Positions 13,396 to 24,483 of a stretch of 64,000 nt of DNA are shown here, piece by piece (positions within the stretch are counted from its first letter, which is position 1; the number at the start of each line of letters is the position of its first letter). The stretch covers positions 6,758,001 to 6,822,000 of the forward strand of contig NC_043000.1 in assembly GCF_006345805.1 (NCBI RefSeq). Reading direction: 5' to 3'. Below the pieces are notes generated by a model, which saw only the letters and a list, made by a program, of their open reading frames with translations, searched no databases and was not told the origin of the DNA. The position numbers were made by a program, and so were the translations under genes. The DNA comes from Octopus sinensis. Lineage: Eukaryota.

Positions 13396-14399
13396 CTAAA
13401 AATGACAGATTTGAGGAATGAGAGAAGCTAAATGGCTCAATTAGATACTGAACATTATAAATCACATATTTAGTTTACTGAGACTTACAACTGCTCAGCA
13501 GTATTAATATTGGTTTCAAATTTTGGCACAAGGCCAACAAGTTTAGGGGAGGGGATAAGTTGATTACTTTAACCTCAGTGCTCAGCTGGTACTTATTTTA
13601 TAGACCCCGAAAGGGTGAAAGGCAAAGTCAGCCTTGGCAGAATTTGAACCAGCAGTGTTCATATTAAAAGATTATAGAAGGTAAAATATAAAATTGAATG
13701 CAATCCAATAAATTATAATCTGCAAATGTACTATAATTTATAAAAAATGAAATAAATACACCCTTTTAAAGCCTAGCCAGGCTCATGGGTCCAGTTTCCC
13801 GGTTTCCATGGTGTATGTGTTCCCCAGCTGGATGAGACGCCAGTCCATCACAGCGTTACTCATTTTTGCCAGCTGAGTGGACTGGAGCAACGTAAAATGA
13901 AGTGTTTTGCTCAAGAACACAACGCGTCGCCCAGTCCAGGAATCGAGACCACAATCTTACAATCACGATGCTGACACCCTAACCACTAAACCACATGCCT
14001 CCATCAGTATAATATTATACACACCATAAATAAATCACTAAATTACTAAATTATACTTGACACCATGTTAGTTCTTGTAAAATAAGAGACACTTAAATGA
14101 CATCACTAGTATTTATGTTACACCAGCTGAGCACATCTAATATATTAAACTATGGTTTGTAAATGTCAGTATCATGCTATTATTTGAAATGAATTGATCT
14201 AAAAGTTAATAATCAAGACTTAGGCTACCTAGTAGTGTACTTAACAGAACAATTCCCTCATCCTTGGGTAGTTATTAGAGGTCCTTTGAAGAAGTTTAAA
14301 TTCTCAGCTAGACTTCAACACCTCTAAAGAAACCTTCATAATCTTTATATAACTATAGATTACATCGAAATCAAACTCAAGATCAAAATTGAAATCAAA

Positions 14400-14870
14400 T
14401 TTGATGACTGGCATCCGTGCTAGTGGAGCACTAAGAGTACCATTTGAGTGAGATCTGGGCCAGAGCAACAAGCTGGCCTTCGTGCCGGTGGCATGTTAAA
14501 AACACCATTCAAGCGTAATCATTACCTGCGTTGCCTTACTAGCACTTGTGCTGGTGGCACATGAAAAAACATTCAAGCGAAGTCGTTGCCAGTGCCGCTG
14601 GGCTGGCTCTTGTGCAGGTGGCACATAAAAAGCACCATTTGAGCATGGCCGTTGCCAGTACCGCTTGACTGGCCCTCATGCCAGTGACAAGTAAAAGCAC
14701 CCACTACACTCACGAAGTGGTTGGCTTTAGGAAGGGCATCCAGCTGTAGAAACTCTGCCAGATCAGATTGGAGTCTGGTGCAGCCACCTGGTTTGCCAGT
14801 CCTCAGTCAAATCGTCCAACCCATGCTAGCATGAAAAGCGGATGTTAAACAATGATGATGATGATGATGA
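14400..14870 (+). mobile_element. Non-autonomous retroelement with about 65-bp internal tandem units and an RTE-like 3' end with (GAT)n tail
   Basis: Four gccggtggcac.t.aaaagcacc-like units, then ttaggaagggcatccagctgtagaaac...aacccatgc.agcat...gatgatgatg. Similar copies at 22925-23200, 33277-33490 and 41144-41301. Confidence 0.75.
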
Positions 14871-14994
14871 GATATCATGTGCTCATATTCAGTTCCACTG
14901 TGCGGTACCTCAGGTATCTTCTACTTAAGCTTTAGGCCATCCAAAGCCTTGTGAATAGATTTAATAGATGGAGATTGAAAGAAGCCAAGCAAAT

Positions 14995-15250
14995 ATGCAT
15001 GCATGTATGTATGTATGTATCTGTGTATGTATGTGTGTATGTATGTATGTATGTATGTGTGTATGTGTGTATGTATGTATGTATGTGTGTGTGTATGTAT
15101 GTATGTGTGTGTGTATGTATGTATGTATGCATGTATGCAAGTATATATGTATGTATGTATGGGTGTATGGGTGTATGTATGTATGTATGTATGTATGTAT
15201 GTGTGCCTGTGTGTATGTATGTATGTGTGTGTGTATGTGTCTATGTATAT
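14995..15250. repeat. (TATG)n/(TG)n microsatellite
   Basis: Visible directly. Confidence 0.95.
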
Positions 15251-15495
15251 ACTAGGTGCAGCATGTAGATTTACTCATTATTCATTTTATCATAAAATAA
15301 AGTTTTAGGTTTTGGTTAATGAAAGTTTAGAGGATGATTGCTTTTATATACTCTGCTACTCCTTGCTTTCATCATAGCTTTTTTCTAAGCTGTTTTATCA
15401 TCAATGGTAAAATTTGTTTAAATTTTGTTTGACCCATCATATTTAGTAACAGATACACAAATCAAAAGAATGTTAGGAAGTATTAACAACATTTG

Positions 15496-15540
<45 letters not shown>

Positions 15541-15606
15541 TATATATATATACGTTTAAATATTTGTTGTGCAAGATTTTTTATGTGAAGTCGTGTGTTG
15601 AAACAG

Positions 15607-15917
15607 ATATTGTTATATTTCGGAATGGTCATATTGCCAGTTTAGCCAATAAAAACACACGCACTATATATTTGGTGTTATTTTGCTTCAGTGATATTTA
15701 TTTTTTACATTAATCTTAATCTTATTTCGGCCAAAGTTCTTTCGTCACACTCCTGTGACCGCATCAGTGGTCCTTTGTTTTCTTCTCACTTACTTGTGTC
15801 TCTCCTTACTAACCGTCAGCCATTTTGTATTTCTATTGTATGTCTTCATTTGCGCATGCTTATATCTCTATGTGCGTCTATGTTTATTTAGTGTGTGGGG
15901 GGGGATGCCTGTAATAT
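15607..15917. repeat. Left arm of 311-bp inverted repeat (3' pLTR of the PLE)
   Basis: Reverse complement of 18375-18685. Identical peptides appear in the ORF track (15691-15891 + and 18401-18601 -). Confidence 0.95.
15729..15773 (-). ncRNA. Type I minimal hammerhead-like motif in PLE pLTR (non-canonical core); mirror copy at 18519-18563 on +
   Basis: GGACCA-CUGAUGCG-GUCAC(AGGAGU)GUGAC-GAAA-G(AA)C-UU-UGGCC. The core reads CUGAUGCG rather than CUGAnGA. Confidence 0.45.
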
Positions 15918-16304
15918 TTGTATCTTCTGGTTATATACATTCTTGTAATTTGTATTTTGTTTTTGTTGTTGTTGCTTTTGTTCTAATTTTGTTCATGTGT
16001 TTACATCCACCCATTATTATCATTACATATGTTTGTATGTATGTATAACAACAATATTAGTAATAATAATAATAAATCTAATCGAAAAAAAAAAAAATAT
16101 ATACATATACATATATATATATACATACATATACATATACATATACATACATATATACACACATACATACACATATAGATATTCATTTCTATTTCTTTAA
16201 TTACCTGTGTATTTATTATGTTTGCAGGATCCACTATTGTCATATGTTGTGGTGTGCGCTATTGCTCCATTCTAGTTTTCTATTCAGGCTAGGTTTATTT
16301 TCTA

Positions 16305-18374
16305 TTATATGTGTAGCTTCTGTAATTTGTCTATTGTTGCATCTGTTCTATGTGTGGACAATATCTTAATCTCTATGTTATTGATTGATCCCCCGTGTTC
16401 TTGTTCGGCGTGTTGGTACAGAATCGATGAGCTTTTACCTTCCTTGAGTTGTCTCCAATGTTCATTCACCCGCTCACCAATGCTTCTTGCAGTTTCCCCT
16501 ACGTATGTTACTGTCTTGTTACTGCATCGTCCCTCTATACATCTTATACTATAGACCACATTTCTGGCTTTACAGTTCGTTTGTGGGCTAAATCTACATA
16601 CAGTGCAATAGTTATCCGTACAGAGAGTTCTACTAAAAGGATAGCTTCTACCATTATAGATCTGATAGGGTTGCCTGGCTTTTCAACAACCTTAATTCTT
16701 AGTTTAAGTTTATCTAGGGTCCTTCTAAAGCGGTACGCTAGTTCACCTCCAGGGGTGGTGTCAACGAACATGACACTCTGGTATTTATGGCTATCATACC
16801 AAGAGTTGGCCTTCCCTATTTTCTTTTTTGTCCTTTCTATAGTGTTCCATGACTTGTTCCTATAGAGTGGGCAAATCCCATTCCTATCATTACATAATAT
16901 ATTATCAAATTTCTTCATGGCTCCTTTGTATACTCTGATCCTTTCTTTATGGCTGTAACCTGAGAACTGCATGTGGTGAATGAAATACTGTATGTGTCTC
17001 TTTAATTCTGTAGGCTCGCACATGCGTGACACATTTCTCATTATTCTGACGAGGTCTGCCATCAAAATATTGAATTTGGCATTGCCCGCAATGGCTGAGT
17101 TCCGGTGGATCAGGTATTTTGAGGCCATAGGTTTTGCATAGTATGAATGAAGGATTTGGGTTTTATTTTTCACAATTTCTAGCCAGAGTTCAGTGTCTAG
17201 TACTGGTAGTCTATGGTTGGGGTGTTTAGTGGGGTAGTCTATTGTGACCTTAATACTCTGGTGGATGGAGTTAGCTATTTGCTGGATGCTCTCCATAGTA
17301 TTAGTTTCTATTACTATATCAACAGTACTCTCTTGTGGGGTGCCTTTACTACTATATTGATATCATCAACATAGCGAGAGTACATGTTTACGAGTATGGA
17401 TTTCTGCAGTAGGCATTCTTTAAGCCTTCTGTCCCACCATACCATGAAGAGGTTGGCCACATCACCAGCGATACTAACACCGATGGCTGCCCCCTCGTCC
17501 TGGGCATATATTTTATTATTAAATTTAAATGTGTGCCTTTTAGGGTAACTCTTATACTAGCTCCTAGTGCATGTGCGATCATTTTCTTTACCTGATGGAC
17601 ATTTGCGGGGCTCCGTATGGCTCTGGTCCATCCGCGCCATCTTTCTATATGTGTCTTCCTAGCCATAGAAGTAATTGTAGGCGGTCTACCTCTTAAACAT
17701 CTACTGGGGCAGAAACTACTAAGATTATGTTTATCTAAGTATTCACTATTATATGTCAGTCTAAGTAGGAGGCCCAGTTCTTCTGTGTCGACATTACAGA
17801 ACTCCACCTGGCTCTCGTTGATCATCTCCACGCACTTCCCCACTGCAAAATCTACGTCAATCGATGGGTATAGGGATACCACATCCATGCTACCTACTAT
17901 ACATCCTGTCAAGTCACAAGTTTTGTTACAGTCACTGATCCTGCTTAGGAGATCTTCTGTGCTGTCACACACATCAGGTGACATCCTGATTATAGGGCGT
18001 ATGATCATTGAGAGGAAGTAGGAGATTCTGTAATTGCTAGCGATATTCGCTCCACAGACTGGTCTTGTTGGTGGTCCTGCTATAGGGTCAGTAAAACCTT
18101 TATGGTCCTTGCGAAGTCCATACAGTGCCGGGATATCATTGTTCCAGGCTTGGAAATTCTTTGCAGTACGTTTCTGAGGTCCCAGAACAATTGTCCACAT
18201 CATCATGTGGGCATTGAGGACCTTTTCTCTCTCCTCATGCGCCTGTACAGTTGTTACTTTTGTATTGGCGATATGAGGTTGCATTGCCTGGATGTAGTTC
18301 GGTAAGCTGTCTATTGACATCCTGCCGGACTTATCCGTGGGAAGGCATATCACCTCTCCGTTCCTCGTGCGCTG
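16305..18374 (-). pseudogene. Frameshifted PLE RT/GIY-YIG ORF
   Basis: ORF pieces 17388-18353, 16544-17296 and 16305-16559 join through about three frameshifts (near 17540, 17340, 16640). No in-frame stop was seen within the domain frames. Confidence 0.88.
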
Positions 18375-18685
18375 ATATTACAGGCATCCCCCCCCACACA
18401 CTAAATAAACATAGACGCACATAGAGATATAAGCATGCGCAAATGAAGACATACAATAGAAATACAAAATGGCTGACGGTTAGTAAGGAGAGACACAAGT
18501 AAGTGAGAAGAAAACAAAGGACCACTGATGCGGTCACAGGAGTGTGACGAAAGAACTTTGGCCGAAATAAGATTAAGATTAATGTAAAAAATAAATATCA
18601 CTGAAGCAAAATAACACCAAATATATAGTGCGTGTGTTTTTATTGGCTAAACTGGCAATATGACCATTCCGAAATATAACAATAT
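18375..18685. repeat. Right arm of 311-bp inverted repeat (inverted pLTR copy at the truncated 5' end)
   Basis: Joins directly to the truncated RT (QRTRNGEVICLP) and ends at acaatat followed by (TA)n. Confidence 0.95.
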
Positions 18686-18700
18686 ATATATATATATATA

Positions 18701-18909
18701 TTAATAGTCACCGCCAAGCTAATATGGCAGTCCATAAATATAGGACGAAAGCTGCCGTTGATTAGCTCCAAGAGGCCATCACCTCTAGCTAGCTATATGA
18801 CACATGAACCTATGTAGCTAGCTAGAGGTGATGGCCTCTTGGAGTTAATCAACAGCAGCTTTCATCCTATATTTATGGACTGCCATGTTAGCTTGGCGAT
18901 AACTATTAA
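18701..18909. repeat. 209-bp near-perfect palindrome (foldback/MITE-like or head-to-head repeat)
   Basis: Arms 18701-18798 and 18812-18909 with a 13-nt loop. The few mismatches are transitions, and both ends carry ttaa. Confidence 0.9.
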
Positions 18910-18986
18910 TATCCAGTACTGCTGCCATAGTCTCCTTTAGAGAGACTTAGAAATAATAATATTTCTATTATGTATATATATATATA

Positions 18987-20028
18987 GTATCAAAAAGTTC
19001 GCAGGCTAGTTCTGTAGTGCAGCAGATGGTTGCATGCAGAGAGAGAGCTAGCAGTGACTTTCATGAGGCTGTGTGCTGAGTGATATTGCCGGGTTTACTT
19101 TAGAAGCTGTGAAATTTGTGGTTTTGTGATGACATGAAAGCTGTAGTCTGTGATTTTTGTCATGGACAACAAGTTGGAAAACGGAGCTGACTTGAAATTT
19201 TGCAGGAAACTTGGGAAGTCTGCTACAGATACATTGAGTTATACTTCAGCAATCTTATGGCAATGAGGCAATGGGTCGTACACAATATTTCGAGTGACAC
19301 GGGTGCTTCAAAAGCAGAAGATGATGAGAAATCTGGCAGACCTTCCACAAGCATCACCCCCAGAAATGTGGAGAAAATTCCTCAGCTTATGCATGAATAT
19401 CATCAGAGGACAGTCAACATTTTGAAGCATTTGGCAAAAGTGACTGGATCTACGGAGTGCAACGAATTGGATTCGTCACAATGAGAATGTACTTTGCTCT
19501 CCTCACTCTTGAGTTTCTTGCCAAAAACAACATGGTATCACTTCCATACCCACCCTATTTGCCAGATTTAGCACCTGTAGGCTTCCATCTCTTACCTAAG
19601 ATGAAAATGCAGCTCAGATGTCACCGTTTTAATACCTATTTCTTTATTACCCACAAGGGGCTAAACATAGAGGGGACAAACAAAGACAGACATAGGTATT
19701 AAGTCGATTACATCGACCCCAGTGCGTAACTGGTACTTAATTTATCGACCCCGAAAGGATGAAAAGCAAAGTCAACCTCGGCGGAATTTGAACTCACAAC
19801 GTAACAACAGACGTGGTGTCGAGATCAAATGCAAATCACAGAAGGTCCTCAATTTGCTTATGGAAAATGACTTCCAGATCAGATTCCAAAAGTGGCAGGA
19901 ATGCTGGGACTGATGTATTACTGTGCAAAGTGACTATTTCAAAGGAGATGATGTCAAAACTTAGTTAAATAAGTTATTTTTTTTTATTAGACATAACTAG
20001 TCTGGGAACTTTTTGATTCCACCTCGTA
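18987..20028 (+). mobile_element. Degenerate mariner DNA transposon interrupted by a SINE (about 19634-19810)
   Basis: TIR atcaaaaagttc.cag.ctagt / actagtctgggaactttttgattccacctcgTA. Peptide remnants DDEKSGRPSTS, PYPPYLPDLAPVGFHLLPKMK and QKWQECWD..DYFKGD. Confidence 0.85.
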
Positions 20029-20135
20029 TAAAGATGCCAAAGCAGGCACAGGAGCATAATTCTGTCTTCAGACTTGTTGGATCCTTCTAACCCATGCCAG
20101 CATAAAAGATGTTGATAATCCTGATGGTCATGATG

Positions 20136-20169
<34 letters not shown>

Positions 20170-20469
20170 ATATATACGTATGTGCATGCATGCAGGTATC
20201 AGTGTTTTTGTTTATATCTGCACTTCTCCAAAAACCATGAGGTACCAGTGGTGTTGTCATTTCACCTGTGAATCAATTGTCTGCTGGTTTTGTGCCTTTA
20301 AAGCCGTAAAATAAGGATTATTTTACTTGAAAAATAAGTAGGTGTTAGCAACAGGAAGAATATCCAGCATTGAAAAAATACCTTGATCCATGCTAGGTTA
20401 GGGATAAGTATGTAAAAATAAACAAAAGACACTAAAATAAGAGCATTGATACTTGTCAACAAGCCATCT

Positions 20470-20880
20470 GTCTTCTCTACCCACTATTCTTGGGAGGATG
20501 GTTGGGGTAGATTCCTCAGGCACCTCCTCAGTAGGGCCCCATCAGAAGCAACCATAATCACATTTTCCAGTGGGATTCTCAAGTATGACTAAACCAAGAC
20601 TATGAATATTACCCAACTACCTTGTTCTTAATCTACCCCCAAGACTCCTGCAGGATGGCTCAGCTTGGAGAATCTATCTTGTGATTCTTTTGTACAACAT
20701 TCTAATCACATGTCTGTAGTGTCAGAGTTGTGATCTGTTGACGTAGAAAAGCACCGACTCAACCTGGAGAGGTTTCCTGATCTCCAAGTTATATTCCTCA
20801 CTGAATAATGATACTCCAGAGATTCTACTGTTGTGAAATATCAATGGGTAGTGTCATAGTGTGACTATAGCCCCAAAAGG
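20470..20880 (-). mobile_element. Decayed RTE LINE 3' region
   Basis: Minus-strand remnants resembling QL.HY.HVIRM and VASDGALLRRCLRNLP, typical of RTE C-termini. Confidence 0.5.
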
Positions 20881-22440
20881 TACATTTCAAATGAAAATTC
20901 AAGTTGGGGAGTATCTTATATATCTAGTATATATGTACATATATGGTAAAGGGTAAAGACCCCCTTCAGTCATGAATGACCATGGGATTGAACCTAGAAA
21001 GTTATGTTCCAAGGCACAAGTCCAGGCAAGGTTGTTTATGGAAGACCAGCAATTGCCAATTCATACCGGCCTCCCCACTCCACACCACGAGTGTTATCCA
21101 AGGGAAAGGCAAAGACCGATACAGCTTGGCACCAGTGACATCACAACTCATTTCTAAAGCTGAGTGAACATGAAATAAAATGTCTTGGTCAAGGATACAA
21201 CACACAGCCTGGTCGAGGAATTGAACTCATTACCTCATGATTGTGAGCCGGTGGCGCTCTAAACCACTGAGCCATGTGCCTTCACATATATGTTTTTTCA
21301 GATAAATCTATAACTGATGTTGAATGTTCCTAATACCAGCAACTTATTCAAATAAAAAGTCTCATCTTTATCTCTGCTTTCAATAATTTTGCACGTTGAT
21401 AAACATAAAATTTCTGTGAAATGGTGTCTTTAGCAGAGAACCCTATTGCAATCACTTGAATCAAGTATTTAGTTGGGGGATCTTTTGCCTATGAGCTGTG
21501 ATCCTTCTGTGCTGACTAACAAATTAATAAGAGATAAACACATTTGGTAGCTAACCAAGAAACCCGTTTTCAGATTAAGAGAAGTAACATTAAGTACTCC
21601 ATTGAAGAATACATAAAATACAGGATTGTGAAGATTTTTCTGTATAGTTTCTTGATTTATCTTGTGTCTTTTACTTGTATCAGTCATTGAACTCCAACCA
21701 TACTGGGGCCCCACTTTGAAGGGTTTTGGTTGAATAAATTGACCCCAGTATTTATTTTTTAAAAGTCAGTCTCTCTTATTGAACTGCTAAATTACAGGGA
21801 TGCAAACAAACCAACACTGATTGTCAAGTGGTGGTAGGACTAACACAGGCACAAACACAGGCACACACACACATACACACACACACACACGGTGAGCTTC
21901 CATTTAGTTTCTGCCTACTGCTAGGCATTGGTTGGCCCAGATCTATAGTAGGAAATGCCTGCGCAATGTAGCAGTCAAATATCACTCAACATCACACACA
22001 CTCTAAAATGTGCCTTATCAAATGATTGATGACATTATAATCATTGGTATTATTAAACTGATGAGAACCACCTGCCCAAGTGCTACATTCATCCCAATAT
22101 TCATTTGAATGTAGTACTACTCAAATCTTCTGCTTATATCTCATGTAGCACAGAACTCCTTTATTAATAAAATTAACCCCGTCAAATGTAATGCCTATTT
22201 ATTCACATTGCTTTGGAATTAATTATACATTATCTCAGTGGCTTAGTGGTTAGAGTAATTAACTCACACTCGTAAGATTGTGAGTTTGATTCCTGGCAGC
22301 AAATTGCTTCCTTGAGCAAGACACTTTATTTCACATTGCTCCAGTCCACTCAGCTGACAAAAATGAGTAGTACCTGTATTTCAAAGGGCCAGCCTTGCCC
22401 CATTATGTGTCACATTGAATCTCCTTGAGAACTACATTAA

Positions 22441-22660
22441 CCCTTTCATTACCAGCCCGGCTGAAACCAGCTCTGGCTCTGAGTATAAATGTCTTGTTTT
22501 CATAAGTTTTGAATTAAAGTCTTCCACCAAACCTTAGTCACAATTTAAATTCCTAACACTAGCTTAATGATAACTAAGTTATTTTACTAAATTCTTTATC
22601 ATATTTAAAGTAATTGAAAGAAACACTGAGCATCTCAAAATAAATACAGTAATGAAAGGG
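22441..22660 (+). mobile_element. piggyBac-like MITE family 1
   Basis: TTAA TSD and CCCTTTCATTAC / GTAATGAAAGGG TIRs. Confidence 0.88.
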
Positions 22661-24027
22661 TTAAGGGTACATGTATCTGTGAAGTGCTCAGCCACTTACA
22701 CATTAATTTCATGAGAAGTCTGTGCCATTGATCGGATCAACTGGAAACCTCATCGTTGTAACCAATGGAGTGCCATATACATTATCTCATAGCTTCAAGA
22801 TTTTGATGATGTGACTATTTATTTTTAGAATGACATTGTAGGGTAGGTGAGAGAGGCTGGATCTCTCTCTCTCTCTCTCTCTGTGCTTGAAAAGATATGT
22901 CAAGCTAAGTGAAATCATGTTCATGGCCAGTGCTGGTGACATGTAAAGAGCACCCATCCCAGTGACACATAAATGGCACCCAAGGGCACCCATGCCAATC
23001 ATACATATAAGGCTCCTTTGCCGGTGACATGTAAAAGATACCCAGTACACTCTGTAGAGGGATTGACATTAGGAAGGGCATCCAGCCATAGAAACCAAGC
23101 GAAACCAGACTGGAGCCTAGTGCAGCTCTCTGGCTTACCAACTCCAGTCAAACCATTTAACCCATACAGAGAACAGACATTAAAGAATGATGATGATGAT
23201 GATATATATATTTATATATTATATGTGGATGTATATATATATATATATATATATTGTGTGTGTGTACATGCATACGTGTGCATATGTCTCAGTGCTTAAC
23301 AACCAGTGTTGCTTTGTTTACATTTTTCCCCATAACTTAGTGGTGCAGCAGAAAAGACCAATAGAAAAGTACTAGACTTCAAAAAACAAAACATAAATAC
23401 TGAGGTTGATATGATAGAGTGAAGCCTTCTAAGTGGTGCCCCAGCAATTCTACAGCCCTATGAATGAAACAAGTAAATGAATAAAAGAGTCCCTCGGAAA
23501 CTGACTCAGTGATTTGGGTTTTCTAAATTTCATAATCACTTGAGATTTAATATTAACCCTAAGATTGATTATCTAAGATATTAATCCCACCAACTCTTTA
23601 TAATCAGCAATGATTTTAAGCTGGAATCACCAAGCTCAGTTTGTCCGCTCTGCTTTCATTCTTGGGACCAAACAGCCATAAGATCATCATTTCCAGCAAT
23701 GTTTTCTATACAAAAAAAAAAAAGAAAAGAAAAATGAAATGGAATAAAAATGAATGAAAATGTGTTTTACAAATCTGTTTCATGAGAATATTCTCAGCAT
23801 AATTAATTAATTGAAGTAAACAAATTTATTAGGTGTTTTTTTTTAAAGCAAGCCAAAAAAAAAAACAGCCCCTTCCCTAAAAAAACTAAATCTCATTTAT
23901 ATATATTTATTGTCTTAGAAATGTTAAAAAATTCTTTCTTCTTTTCCCTGTTTTTTTTTTCTTTTTTGTTTTCCCTTAATATTTAACCAATAAATAAATG
24001 TGAGTTAAACAGGTTAAAATGGCCCTA

Positions 24028-24483
24028 CAGTTGAAAATCCTTTATCCAAAATCTGAAACTATGTTATTTTAAAAATAAAATGCTGACGTTTTTCCAGTTT
24101 TCTTTTTATTTACCTGTAATCATGTTCAATGCTTTGTTTTTATACCTTACATAAACTCTAACATCTGTATAGCTTAAAAAATTAAGTACAAATGGCGAAC
24201 ATGTACTGTAACCTGTAAATCAAAACAGGACATCATAGTGGAAACTGGTAGTTTATCTTTCTAATAGAATTATGCATAAAAGGTTATTAAAAAATTATAT
24301 AGAACTACATTCAAGATATATCTATAAGCTATATTATGAAATCTATTGTGTTTAGACCTGGGTCCCATCTCAAAGCAGCCCCAGTTTACAGGTGTTGATA
24401 TAAGAATATTCCAAAATAAAAACAAAATTCAAAGTCTGTAACACTTTCAGTTCCAGGAATTTGGGATAAGGGATTCTTGACTG
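24028..24483. mobile_element. Tigger/pogo-type MITE (MER2-like)
   Basis: TA-CAGTTGAAAATCCTTTATCCAAAAT ... ATTTGGGATAAGGGATTCTTGACTG TIRs. Internal tgtgtttagacctgggtcccatc. Confidence 0.65.

Larger units (their letters stand above)
15553..18685 (-). mobile_element. Penelope-like retroelement (RT + C-terminal GIY-YIG endonuclease), 5'-truncated, with inverted pseudo-LTR
   Basis: Minus-strand RT motifs EVICLPTDKSG, PALYGLRKDHK..PTRPV, GSMDVVSLYPSID, YAQDEGAAIG..ANLFM, YSRYVDD (about 17363-17377) and thumb YYAKPMASKYLI. Cys linker CTDNYCTVC, then GIY-YIG VVYSIRC..YVGETARSIGERVNEH. 15607-15917 is the reverse complement of 18375-18685. Confidence 0.93.

Noticed and set aside
14484-14710. CRISPR-like repeat/spacer spacing
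   Set aside because: Eukaryotic context, degenerate repeats, spacers that share sequence (gttgcc), and no cas genes. These are tandem units of a retroelement.
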